From Microlunatus sp. GCM10028923 (GTDB taxonomy: Bacteria > Actinomycetota > Actinomycetes > Propionibacteriales > Propionibacteriaceae), in assembly GCF_042666975.1 (NCBI RefSeq), contig NZ_JBHTFF010000005.1, forward strand, positions 1,321-33,320: a stretch of DNA of 32,000 nt, given 5' to 3'. Position 1 is the stretch's first letter; every line of letters begins with the position of its first letter. The position numbers and the translations under genes are program-made. The notes beneath the pieces are model-generated. The model was not told the origin of the DNA, did no database searches, and was given only the letters and a program-made list of their open reading frames with translations. This document shows, in pieces, positions 1 to 7,925 of the stretch.

Positions 1-680
1 CCGGCCGGATCCTGCTGGTCAGCCAGAACTACCGCTTCCAGCCGGCCGCCCGGACCGCCGCCAAGCTGGTCGCGGAGCAGGCGCTCGGCCGGCTCGGCGC
101 CGTCCGGGTCGACTTCCGGAAGTGGGCGAACGACAAGGAGCCCGGCACCCACAAGCACTACCGGCTGCACCACCCGCTGCTCTTCGACATGGCGATCCAC
201 CACTTCGACCTGATGCGGTTCATCCTCGGCCGGGAGGCGAAGTCGGTGTTCACCCAGGTCACCGACCCGCCGTGGAGCCGGTTCGTCGAGGAGGCCGCGG
301 CGACCGTCACGGTGACGTTCGACGACGACACCGTGGTCAGCTACCGGGGCAGCTGGGTCAGCCCGGGCGAGCCGACCACCTGGAGCGGCGACTGGCATCT
401 GGAGTGCGAGCAGGGCGAGATCTTCTGGACCGGCCGTTCGGGCGACGACGACGCCCCGCACGAGGTCGTACGGCTTCGCCAGCGCGGCGCGGAGACGGCG
501 GAGGACGCCGAGTTGATCAAGCTGGACCGGCTCGGCCGGGCCGGTTCCCTGACCGCGCTGGTCGAGGCGATCGAGAGCGGCGAGGAGCCCGAGACCTCCG
601 GCCGGCGCAACCTCGGCACCCTCGCCCTGATGGAGGCCGCGGCCCGGTCGGCCGTGTCGGGCCAGGTCGAACAGGTCTGA
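1..680 (+). CDS. Gfo/Idh/MocA-family oxidoreductase, C-terminal portion (5' end outside window)
   Basis: Frame 3 is open from the window edge to TGA 678-680. The translation (..GRILLVSQNYRFQPAAR..HHPLLFDMAIHHFDLMRFILGREAKSVF..GSWVSPGEPTTWSGDW..) resembles the C-terminal domain of Gfo/Idh/MocA dehydrogenases. Codons are G/C-ending throughout. Confidence 0.75.
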   Translation, partial: GRILLVSQNYRFQPAARTAAKLVAEQALGRLGAVRVDFRKWANDKEPGTHKHYRLHHPLLFDMAIHHFDLMRFILGREAKSVFTQVTDPPWSRFVEEAAATVTVTFDDDTVVSYRGSWVSPGEPTTWSGDWHLECEQGEIFWTGRSGDDDAPHEVVRLRQRGAETAEDAELIKLDRLGRAGSLTALVEAIESGEEPETSGRRNLGTLALMEAAARSAVSGQVEQV

Positions 681-683
681 TCC

Positions 684-846
684 AGTGGGGTGCCGTCCGG
701 ATACGTTGACGACTGGCGGCGTCCAGGTGCGTGCATCGCCAGGCCGACGAGGAAGGCATATCGGGTCATATGTCGACTGAGGAGAACGCCGCGAGGCGCG
801 TGCCTGGGCGTCGCCAGTCGTTGACGTATCCGGACGGCACTCCACT
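684..846 (+). repeat. Long imperfect inverted repeat / predicted RNA hairpin (56-position stem, ~51-nt loop with apical mini-hairpin)
   Basis: Positions 684-739 pair antiparallel with 846-791: 47 Watson-Crick pairs, 8 G:U pairs and 1 mismatch (A735/G795). The DNA-level core 690-718 / 812-840 matches 27 of 29. A small apical hairpin lies at 755-774. The structure starts 4 nt after the upstream stop codon and ends 2 nt before GTG 848. Confidence 0.8.
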
Positions 847-847
847 T

Positions 848-1717
848 GTGACGACGGCGGTGGTGTCGGCGGTGCTGCGCTGGTACGGCAGCGAGGCCCG
901 CGACCTGCCCTGGCGCCGGCCCGGCACCACCCCGTGGCAGATCATGATCAGCGAGTTCATGCTGCAGCAGACCCCGGTGGCGCGGGTGCTGGAGCCGTGG
1001 CAGCGCTGGGTCGACCGGTGGCCGGTGCCGGCGGCCCTGGCGGCCGAGCCGTCCGGCGAGGCGGTCCGGGCCTGGGGCCGGCTGGGCTATCCGCGGCGGG
1101 CACTGCGGCTGCACCGGGCCGCGGTGGCGATCGACCATGATCACGACGGCGAGGTGCCGGCCGACCTGGCCGCGCTGCGCGCCCTGCCCGGCGTCGGCGA
1201 CTACACCGCCGCCGCGGTCGCCAGCTTCGGCTTCGGCCAGCGGCACCTGGTGCTGGACACCAACGTGCGCCGGGTGATCACCCGGATCGGCGCCGGCCTG
1301 CAATACCCGGCCACCTCGCTCAGCGCCGCCGAACGCGCACTGGCCGAGACGTTCCTGCCCCGGCCGGCACCCCGCGCGGCCCGCTGGGCGGCCGCGTCGA
1401 TGGAACTCGGCGCCGTCGTCTGCACGGCCCGGTCGCCGCGCTGCGATGTCTGCCCGGTCCGGTCCCGGTGCGCCTGGCGGGCCGCCGGCTACCCGGCCTG
1501 GGCGGGACCGCCTCGCCGTGGCCAGACCTACACCGGCACCGACCGGCAGTGCCGGGGCGCCGTCCTCGCCGTACTCCGGGAGCGGGACGATCCCGTACCG
1601 GCCGAGGAGCTGGCGACGGCCTGGCCGGACCAAGATCAATATCGGCGGGCGCTGGCCGGTTTGATCACCGACGGCCTGATCACCGAGGGCTCGTTCGGTT
1701 ACGCACTGCCGAGCTAG
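848..1717 (+). CDS. mutY: A/G-specific adenine DNA glycosylase (MutY)
   Basis: HhH-GPD and Fe-S cluster motifs are present: LRWYGSEARDLPWRR, WQIMISEFMLQQTPV, LPGVGDYTAAAV, and CTARSPRCDVCPVRSRCAW (4-Cys loop). Stop is TAG 1715-1717. I chose GTG 848 as start because codons upstream (791-847) are rich in A/T-ending rare codons (agg, cct, ttg, tat, act, cca, ctt) and form the hairpin arm. In-frame alternatives are ATG 770 and GTG 731. Confidence 0.88.
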   Translation: MTTAVVSAVLRWYGSEARDLPWRRPGTTPWQIMISEFMLQQTPVARVLEPWQRWVDRWPVPAALAAEPSGEAVRAWGRLGYPRRALRLHRAAVAIDHDHDGEVPADLAALRALPGVGDYTAAAVASFGFGQRHLVLDTNVRRVITRIGAGLQYPATSLSAAERALAETFLPRPAPRAARWAAASMELGAVVCTARSPRCDVCPVRSRCAWRAAGYPAWAGPPRRGQTYTGTDRQCRGAVLAVLRERDDPVPAEELATAWPDQDQYRRALAGLITDGLITEGSFGYALPS

Positions 1718-1724
1718 CGGACGT

Positions 1725-2339
1725 TCAGGACCGGGGTGAGCGCCGGGTCCGCCGGTAGTGGTCCCGGGAACGGTTCTTGGCTCCGCAGTCCTCGGCCGAA
1801 CACCAGCGGCGGTTGCGGCGCGGTGAGGTGTCGAGGTAGATCCAGCCGCAGGCCTCGTCGGCACACTGCTTGACCGGGGCCGGCTCCTCGAGGAGGATCC
1901 GGACCGCCTCGTGGCCGAGGCGCAGCGCCACCGAACGATGATCAACAAAGCGTTCCCGGGTTCGCCAGGACCCGTCGGCGCGTTCGAGTTCCACGCGCCC
2001 CCACCAGTCCCGGTCCAGCTCGAGCAGGGCGTTGGCCCCCTCCGGGTCACCGTCGATCACCGCCGCATGGACGTGTTCCCGGGTGCTCCGCAGTTCCGCT
2101 GACAACGCGCCGGTCGACTGCGCGGCGAGCAGCGCAGCCTCCTCCTCGGTGCACACCCCGAACGCCGTCGCCCAGGCCAGCGCCGCCGCATCATCGGGCA
2201 GGCGGTCCTGGCGCCGGCTCGGATCCAACCGCCAGGCGACCGTGTTCACCAGGTCCAGGCAGCGCTCGCCGGCCCGGGCCAGGAATCCCCGGTCCCTTCC
2301 GACCTCACGGGTGATCGCTAGTTCAGGCATGAGAATCAT
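1725..2339 (-). CDS. CGNR zinc-finger domain protein (ABATE-like N-terminus)
   Basis: Start is ATG at 2339 (MILMPEL..) or 2330. The C-terminus CADEACGWIYLDTSPRRNRRWCSAEDCGAKNRSRDHYRR carries the CGNR zinc-finger signature. The rest of the 661-aa track ORF (2340-3710) is a shadow of the MFS gene. Confidence 0.85.
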   Translation of the reverse strand: MILMPELAITREVGRDRGFLARAGERCLDLVNTVAWRLDPSRRQDRLPDDAAALAWATAFGVCTEEEAALLAAQSTGALSAELRSTREHVHAAVIDGDPEGANALLELDRDWWGRVELERADGSWRTRERFVDHRSVALRLGHEAVRILLEEPAPVKQCADEACGWIYLDTSPRRNRRWCSAEDCGAKNRSRDHYRRTRRSPRS

Positions 2340-2355
2340 GTTATCGTCCCATTCA

Positions 2356-2379
2356 ACGGGTGACTCGATGATTACCCGT
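2356..2379. promoter_or_regulatory. Inverted repeat in the divergent CGNR/MFS intergenic region (possible operator)
   Basis: ACGGGTGA (2356-2363), 8 nt, then TTACCCGT (2372-2379); 7 of 8 positions are complementary. It lies within the 84-bp divergent intergenic region. Confidence 0.3.
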
Positions 2380-2423
2380 GAGAATTCCGGATCTTCGCCG
2401 CGGCGCCGGCCGATCTGAAGGCG

Positions 2424-3719
2424 GTGGGGTCGTTGTCGGTTCGCTTCAGGATCGACCTCACGCCGCTGCGCGCGTCGCGCGACTTCAGGATCCTGTTCGG
2501 GTCGGGCACCGTGTTCGCGCTGGGCCTGATGTTCGGCTTCGTCGCGGTGCCGTACCAGCTGTTCCAGCTCACCGGGTCGAGCCTTGCCGTCGGGATCATA
2601 GGCGCGGTCGAACTGGTCCCGTTCATCGTGTTCGGCCTGTACGGCGGCTCGCTGTCGGACCGACTGGACCGGCGCACCGTTCAGCTGGTCACCGGCGCCG
2701 GGCAGGTGCTGCTCGCGATGATCCTCTTGATCAACGCACTCTTGGACGCCCCGCAGGCGTGGCTGCTGTACGCGGTGGCCGGACTGACCGCCGTCCTGTC
2801 GGCACTGCAACGGCCGAGCCGGGACGCACTGCTCCCCCGGGTTGTCGATCATGAGGACATCCCCGCGGCGGTGGCGCTGTCGTCGTTCGGCCTGCAGCTC
2901 GGCATGCTGGTCGGGCCGGCCGCGGCCGGGCTGGTCATCGCCGGTGCCGGATTGCCGGCGGCGTACGCGATCGAGGCGATCGGGCTCGGCGCGGCCACCG
3001 TGTGCCTGCTCGGGCTCCGGCGGCATCCGCCGACGGGTGGGCCGGCCACCGGGCACCTGGCGGCGATCGGCGCCGGTCTGCGGTACGTCAGGCAGCGCCG
3101 GGACCTGGTGGGGACCTACCTGGTCGACCTGGTCGCCATGGTGCTGGCAATGCCGATCGTCCTGTTCCCGGCGTTCGCCCTGCAGGTCGTGAACCGGCCC
3201 GACCTGCTCGGCCTGCTCTACGCGGCCGGTGCGGTCGGCTCGTTGATCACGACGCTGACCAGCGGTTGGACCCGCCGGGTCCGACGGCACGGCCGGGCCG
3301 TCGCGCTGGCCGCGATCGGCTGGGGCGCCGCGATCGCGCTGGCCGGGCTGGCCCCGAACGTGTGGATCACCCTCCTCTTCCTCGTCCTGGCCGGCGGGTT
3401 GGACACGATCAGCGGACTCTTCCGGTCCGTGATCTGGAACCAGACCGTCCCCGACGCCCTGCGCGGCCGGCTGGCCGGGATCGAGATGATCTCCTTCACG
3501 GTCGGCCCGGTCGGCGGGCAGCTGCGGTCCGGGATCATGGCCGACCTGAGCACGGTCCGTACCGCCATCGTCAGCGGCGGGATCCTCTGCGTGGTCGGGG
3601 TCGCCGCGGTCGCCGTCGGGTTCCGCGAACTCTGGCGGTACGACTCCGGTACCGACGAACACGCCGTCAACCAACGCACCGTCCGAACGCAGCGAAGGAT
3701 CGCCAGCCATGCCGAATGA
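2424..3719 (+). CDS. MFS transporter
   Basis: 431 aa with a GTG start. The protein is hydrophobic throughout with a multi-TM pattern. The N-terminal LRASRDFRILFGSGTVFALG and the loop GGSLSDRLDRR are typical of MFS (EntS-like) exporters. Confidence 0.85.
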   Translation: MGSLSVRFRIDLTPLRASRDFRILFGSGTVFALGLMFGFVAVPYQLFQLTGSSLAVGIIGAVELVPFIVFGLYGGSLSDRLDRRTVQLVTGAGQVLLAMILLINALLDAPQAWLLYAVAGLTAVLSALQRPSRDALLPRVVDHEDIPAAVALSSFGLQLGMLVGPAAAGLVIAGAGLPAAYAIEAIGLGAATVCLLGLRRHPPTGGPATGHLAAIGAGLRYVRQRRDLVGTYLVDLVAMVLAMPIVLFPAFALQVVNRPDLLGLLYAAGAVGSLITTLTSGWTRRVRRHGRAVALAAIGWGAAIALAGLAPNVWITLLFLVLAGGLDTISGLFRSVIWNQTVPDALRGRLAGIEMISFTVGPVGGQLRSGIMADLSTVRTAIVSGGILCVVGVAAVAVGFRELWRYDSGTDEHAVNQRTVRTQRRIASHAE

Positions 3720-4536
3720 TCATGAAATCCTGCCCCGCGCCGCCGGCACGGACGACGCCTCGGCCGCCATCGAGGCCAACCTGGACGCGTTCCTGTTCGC
3801 CCTCGGCCGGGCCGGCGGCGCCGAGGAGCGCTCCGATCCGACGGTGCGCTGGACCATCGGCGGTTCGCCGATCGACTACCACAACGCCGTCACCCGGGCC
3901 CGGCTCCCGGCCGACGAGGTGGACGCGGTCATCGAGGAGATGATCAACACCTGCCGCCGGCATCGGGTGCCGGGCAGCTGGCACGTCGGGCCGTCCATGC
4001 GGCCGACCGACCTGGGCGACCGGCTGCGGTCCCACGGGCTGAGCCCGGACGGCGCCGAACCGGGCATGGCTCTCGATCTGAGCCGGTTCGATCATGCTCC
4101 GGTGCCGGCCGGCGTCGAGGTCCGGCGGGTGGCCGACCGAAATGATCTTGATGCCTGGGTCCGTACCCTCGGGGCCGGGTTCGGCGAGGGACCGCGCGAG
4201 GCGGCCTGGGTCGGCCGCATGTATGCCCGGCTCGGGTACGAGAGTCCGGAACCCTGGCGGCACTACCTCGCCCGGTCCGACGGCCGGCCGGTGGGCACCG
4301 CCTCACTCTTCACGGCGGCGGGCGTCGTCGGCGTCTACTTCGTCTCGACCCATCCCGACGTTCGCGGCCGGGGCATCGGGTCGGCGGTCACCGCGGCCGC
4401 GCTCCGGGACGTCACCGGGCTCGGCTACCGGACCGCGGTCCTGAACGCGTCGAAGGCCGGCCACCCGGTCTACCGCCGGCTCGGCTTCCATGATCACTGC
4501 ACGTTCCACAGCTACACCTTCGACCCCCGGCGCTGA
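3709..4536 (+). CDS. GNAT-family N-acetyltransferase
   Basis: 275 aa. An acetyl-CoA pocket motif is present (VSTHPDVRGRGIGSAVTAAAL..AGHPVYRRLGF). A GAAGGA Shine-Dalgarno sequence lies upstream of ATG 3709. The gene overlaps the MFS stop by 11 nt. Confidence 0.8.
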   Translation: MPNDHEILPRAAGTDDASAAIEANLDAFLFALGRAGGAEERSDPTVRWTIGGSPIDYHNAVTRARLPADEVDAVIEEMINTCRRHRVPGSWHVGPSMRPTDLGDRLRSHGLSPDGAEPGMALDLSRFDHAPVPAGVEVRRVADRNDLDAWVRTLGAGFGEGPREAAWVGRMYARLGYESPEPWRHYLARSDGRPVGTASLFTAAGVVGVYFVSTHPDVRGRGIGSAVTAAALRDVTGLGYRTAVLNASKAGHPVYRRLGFHDHCTFHSYTFDPRR

Positions 4537-4540
4537 CGGG

Positions 4541-5578
4541 TCACCCGCCGCCGTCGAGGTCGGTCCGTTGCCGGCCGAGCCGCAACTCCGAGCCGACGAA
4601 GTCGATCTCGTAGAGCTTGCCGCGAGCGTTGTTGAAGGGCCGGTGCAAGATCAACAACGGGCGGCTGTCCCGGCCGAGGGTGGTGAAGATCATTCCGTGC
4701 CCGCTGTCCTGACGGACGAGCGGCGGGTGCTGGGTCCAGGGACCGGCCAGCCGGCCCGATTCCGACACGGCATAGGTCTGCACGTAGCCGCCGCTGACCT
4801 GCTTGCGGTTGGTGTTCTTCTCATAGGTGGACCAGAGCATGATCAACGCGCCGTTCGGAGCCCGGTAGAGCTGCGGCCCGTCGGTGACGTACGGGGCGAA
4901 CTGGGCCGTCGAGGGCTCCGGAAGCTCCTCACCGAGCCAGGTCGCGTCGGAGCCCTTGAAGAGATGGATCGGGTCGCCGGCGGCCCGGCTGAGATCCTCC
5001 TCGAGCGGTACGGCTTCGATCGTGCCGTCGATCTTCTGCAGCCATTCGTGGGCGTACACCATCCAGGGCCGGCCGTCCGGGTCGACGTGCAGCGTCCCGT
5101 CCAGGTGCATGAAGTTCTCCGGGCCGGCCGGGCGGTCCTGGAGCGGCACGAACGGGCCGGACAGGCTGTCGGCGACGGCGATGATCGTCCCGCGCTGGTA
5201 GTTCGCCAGCTGCACCGGCAGGCCGTACGCATCCGGGGGCGGCACCGGGATCGGCTTGTCCTCGTTGTGCAGCGTGGTGAACAGGTAGTAACGGCCGCGG
5301 TACGCGTGCACCTCCGGGGCCCACGCTCCGTCGGTCGCCCACCTGCCCGGTTCGGTCCGGAACACGACGACCGGCCGGGTCCAGTCGCGGAGGTTGCGAC
5401 TGCGGTAGACCATCGTGCCGGTGACCGTCTCGCCGGTCAGCGACGAGACGTTCGACGTGTACAGGTGGTAGTGCTCGGTCTTCTCGTCCACCACGACGTA
5501 CGGGTCATGGAGCGGCATCTCCGGCAGCCGCAGGGGATAGTCGGCGGCGGAACTGAAGGTGCGCCCGGACGGTGACAT
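4541..5578 (-). CDS. Glycoside hydrolase family 43-like protein
   Basis: 345 aa. The N-terminal LHDPYVVVDEKTEHYHLYTS, and later ..WAPEVHAYRGRYYLFTT.. and ..HLDGTLHVDPDGRPWMVYAHEW.., resemble the GH43 five-bladed propeller signature. Confidence 0.75.
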   Translation of the reverse strand: MSPSGRTFSSAADYPLRLPEMPLHDPYVVVDEKTEHYHLYTSNVSSLTGETVTGTMVYRSRNLRDWTRPVVVFRTEPGRWATDGAWAPEVHAYRGRYYLFTTLHNEDKPIPVPPPDAYGLPVQLANYQRGTIIAVADSLSGPFVPLQDRPAGPENFMHLDGTLHVDPDGRPWMVYAHEWLQKIDGTIEAVPLEEDLSRAAGDPIHLFKGSDATWLGEELPEPSTAQFAPYVTDGPQLYRAPNGALIMLWSTYEKNTNRKQVSGGYVQTYAVSESGRLAGPWTQHPPLVRQDSGHGMIFTTLGRDSRPLLILHRPFNNARGKLYEIDFVGSELRLGRQRTDLDGGG

Positions 5579-5603
5579 GCGTGATCACGACTCCTCGGTG
5601 CGG

Positions 5604-7088
5604 TCAGGGTTGCGGTTCCGTCGCGGGCAGCCGGACCCGGAAGGTGGCGCCGCCGTCGGCGTTGGTCTCAGCGGTCACGGAGCCGCCGTGCGCCTGGGTG
5701 ACCGCGGCGACGATCGAGAGGCCGAGCCCGGCGCCGCCGTGATGGCGTACCCGCGACTCCTCGGTCCGGTAGAACCGCTCGAAGATGTGCTCGCGTTCCT
5801 CCTCGGGCAGGCCCGGCCCGCTGTCCGAGACCTCGATCACCGCGTCGCCGCCGTCGCGGCGGACCCGGACCACCGACGGCGTGTCCGGCGGGGTGTGCTG
5901 GATGACGTTGGAGAGCAGGTTGCCGAGCACCTGGCGGAGCCGGTGCGGATCGCCCTGCACCACCACCGGGTCCTCGCCCGCCCCGGCGTCCGGCGCGTCC
6001 AGCCGGATGCTCCGCCCGGGATCGGTGACGACGGCGTCGGCGACCGCGTCCGAGGCCAGATCGGTCAGGTCGACCGGCTCCCTTTCCAGCGGCCGGCCCT
6101 GGTCCAGCCGGGCCAGCAGCAGCAGTTCGTCCACCAGCAGGCCCATCCGGTGTGCCTCGGACTCGATCCGGCGCAGGATCTTGGCCAGGTCGTCCGGCCG
6201 GGCCGCGGCGCCGCGGCGGAACAGTTCGGCGTGACCGCGGATCGTCGCGATGGGTGTCCGCAGCTCGTGCGACGCGTCCGCGACGAACCGGCGCAGCTGC
6301 TGCTCCGAGGCGGCCCGTTCGGCGAAGGCGCGTTCGATCTGGCCGAGCATCGCGTTCAGCGCCGACGACAGCCGGCCGATCTCGGTGCTCGGCCGGGCCG
6401 GCGGCACCCGCCGGGTCAGGTCGCCGGAACCGATCTCGCGGGCCACCTCGGCGATGTCGTTCAGCGGGCGGAGGCCGCGCCGGACCACGGTCACCGAGAG
6501 CAGCGCGACCGCGATCAGGGCGACCACGCCGGACACGGTCGCGGCGCTGGCCACCCGGCGCATCAACTCGTCGGATGCCTGGGTCCGCATCCCGACGATC
6601 AGCTGCTCGCCGCCGTCGCCGACCCGGCTGGACCGGAGCAGCCAGCCCGGGTCGCCGTTGCCCTCGGCGAGCGCCGTCTCGGCCTCGTTGAACGCCTCGC
6701 CGTCGGGATTCTCGGCCGTCGGTTCGACCGGCCAGTACGCCTTCGGCAGCGGCTCGGGCAGGTCCGGCGCCGACCCGTACACGACGGTCTGGATCACCAT
6801 GCCGTCCGCGGACCGCAGCTGGAAGAACGACGGCAGCTCGCCGTCCTGGGAGGCCAGCGTCGACCAGGTCCGCCAGACGTCGTCCTCGGCACCGTCGCGC
6901 AGCCGCAGCCGGGGCTCCGGCCGGGCGACCAGCTCGGTGCTGAGCTGCCGGCCGACCGCGGTGAGCACGTCGTCGTTGCGGTCGGTCTGCCAGTCCTGCA
7001 GCGCGCCGGCGGTGGCGCCGAGCGCGACTCCGCAGCCGAGGACGAGCAGGCCGAGCACGGTCAGCACCAGGCGGGTGCGCAGCGACAT
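5604..7088 (-). CDS. Sensor histidine kinase (TM-sensor-HAMP-HisKA-HATPase)
   Basis: 494 aa. There is an N-terminal TM segment (LVLTVLGLLVLGCGVAL) and a second TM segment (VSGVVALIAVALLSVTVV). Motifs: H-box ASHELRTPIATIRGHAEL, N-box LLSNVIQHTP, G-boxes DSGPGLP and GGAGLGLSIV. Confidence 0.9.
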   Translation of the reverse strand: MSLRTRLVLTVLGLLVLGCGVALGATAGALQDWQTDRNDDVLTAVGRQLSTELVARPEPRLRLRDGAEDDVWRTWSTLASQDGELPSFFQLRSADGMVIQTVVYGSAPDLPEPLPKAYWPVEPTAENPDGEAFNEAETALAEGNGDPGWLLRSSRVGDGGEQLIVGMRTQASDELMRRVASAATVSGVVALIAVALLSVTVVRRGLRPLNDIAEVAREIGSGDLTRRVPPARPSTEIGRLSSALNAMLGQIERAFAERAASEQQLRRFVADASHELRTPIATIRGHAELFRRGAAARPDDLAKILRRIESEAHRMGLLVDELLLLARLDQGRPLEREPVDLTDLASDAVADAVVTDPGRSIRLDAPDAGAGEDPVVVQGDPHRLRQVLGNLLSNVIQHTPPDTPSVVRVRRDGGDAVIEVSDSGPGLPEEEREHIFERFYRTEESRVRHHGGAGLGLSIVAAVTQAHGGSVTAETNADGGATFRVRLPATEPQP

Positions 7089-7089
7089 G

Positions 7090-7815
7090 TCAGCCCCCGG
7101 CGCCGCGCCGGCGGACCGAACTGTCCCCCTCCGGAAGCCGGACGATGTAGCCGATCCAGGGGATGGTGTGGATCAGCGGCGGGTCGTAGGCGTCGATCTT
7201 GCGGCGCAGGTACGAGATGTAGGTCTGCACCACGCCGTCGTTGCCGGCGAAGTCGTACTCCCAGACATGGTCCAGGATCTGCCGCTTCGACAGCACCTTC
7301 CCGGCGTGCGCGACCAGGTAGCGGAGCAGCTTGAACTCGGTCGGGGTCAGCTCGATCGGCTCACCGTGCCGCCGCACCTCGTGCGCGTCGTCGTTGATCT
7401 CCAGATCCGCGAAGCCGATCCGGCTGCTGCCCGTGTCCGGCTTGGACCGGCGCAGCACCGCCTGGACCCGCAGCATCAGCTCGTCCAGGCTGAACGGCTT
7501 GGTGACGTAGTCGTCGCCTCCGACGGTGAGGCCGGCGATCTTGTCCTCGGTCGCGTCCCGCGCGGTGAGGAAGACCACCGGTGCGTTCTGGCCGTTGGCC
7601 CGCAGGGTCCGGCAGGTGTCCAGGCCGGAGCCGTCCGGCAGCATGACGTCGAGCACGATCAGGTCCGGATCGAACGTGGACACCTGTTCGATCGCCTCCC
7701 GGCCCGTCCCCGCGACGGACGTCTCGAACCCCTCGTACCGCAGCGCGGTCGCGATCAAGTCAGCCAGATACTGCTCGTCGTCGACCACGAGGACTCGTGT
7801 TGTTGATCCGCTCAC
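7090..7815 (-). CDS. OmpR/PhoB-family response regulator
   Basis: GTG start at 7815 (MSGSTTRVLVVDDEQ). The receiver Asp is in DLIVLDVMLPDGSG. The C-terminal winged helix contains ..VQTYISYLRRKID..IHTIPWIGYIV. The stop lies 1 nt before the kinase ATG, so the two form an operon. Confidence 0.9.
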   Translation of the reverse strand: MSGSTTRVLVVDDEQYLADLIATALRYEGFETSVAGTGREAIEQVSTFDPDLIVLDVMLPDGSGLDTCRTLRANGQNAPVVFLTARDATEDKIAGLTVGGDDYVTKPFSLDELMLRVQAVLRRSKPDTGSSRIGFADLEINDDAHEVRRHGEPIELTPTEFKLLRYLVAHAGKVLSKRQILDHVWEYDFAGNDGVVQTYISYLRRKIDAYDPPLIHTIPWIGYIVRLPEGDSSVRRRGAGG

Positions 7816-7844
7816 GGGGTCCAGTCTGACAAGTCCACCGGCGG

Positions 7845-7900
7845 AGAGTTCATAGAGAACTCTGTGACAGCAACCTCTCAGACCGATCGCACGCCGATCG
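7845..7900. promoter_or_regulatory. Candidate operator repeats in the divergent RR / MMPL intergenic region
   Basis: Inverted repeat AGAGTTC (7845-7851), 5 nt, GAACTCT (7857-7863). Direct repeat CCGATCG at 7883-7889 and 7894-7900 with an 11-bp register, followed by GATCGG at 7903-7908. All lie 20-80 bp upstream of the MMPL GTG at 7926. Confidence 0.3.
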
Positions 7901-7925
7901 AAGATCGGTTTGGTGGTCTGGTGTC

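Noticed and set aside
731-847. Longer mutY N-terminus starting at GTG 731 or ATG 770
   Set aside because: Codons in 791-847 are rich in rare A/T-ending codons, and the region forms the 3' arm of the long hairpin. G/C-ending codon usage begins at GTG 848. The longer starts are not excluded experimentally.
341-2050. 569-aa minus-strand ORF overlapping the oxidoreductase gene and mutY
   Set aside because: It is a shadow ORF on the opposite strand of two genes with clear family motifs. Its composition is Arg/Pro/Gly-rich and no recognisable motif is present.
2340-3710. Upstream two-thirds of the 661-aa minus-strand track ORF (1725..3710)
   Set aside because: It lies antisense to the well-supported MFS gene, and its translation is Arg/Pro/Gly/Asp-rich low-complexity sequence typical of high-G+C shadow frames. 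Only the last 204 codons (CGNR protein, start 2339) look real.
5559-7806. Plus-strand ORFs 5559..7334 and 6250..7806 antisense to the kinase and regulator
   Set aside because: The minus-strand products have full HK and OmpR motifs. The plus-strand translations are low-complexity.
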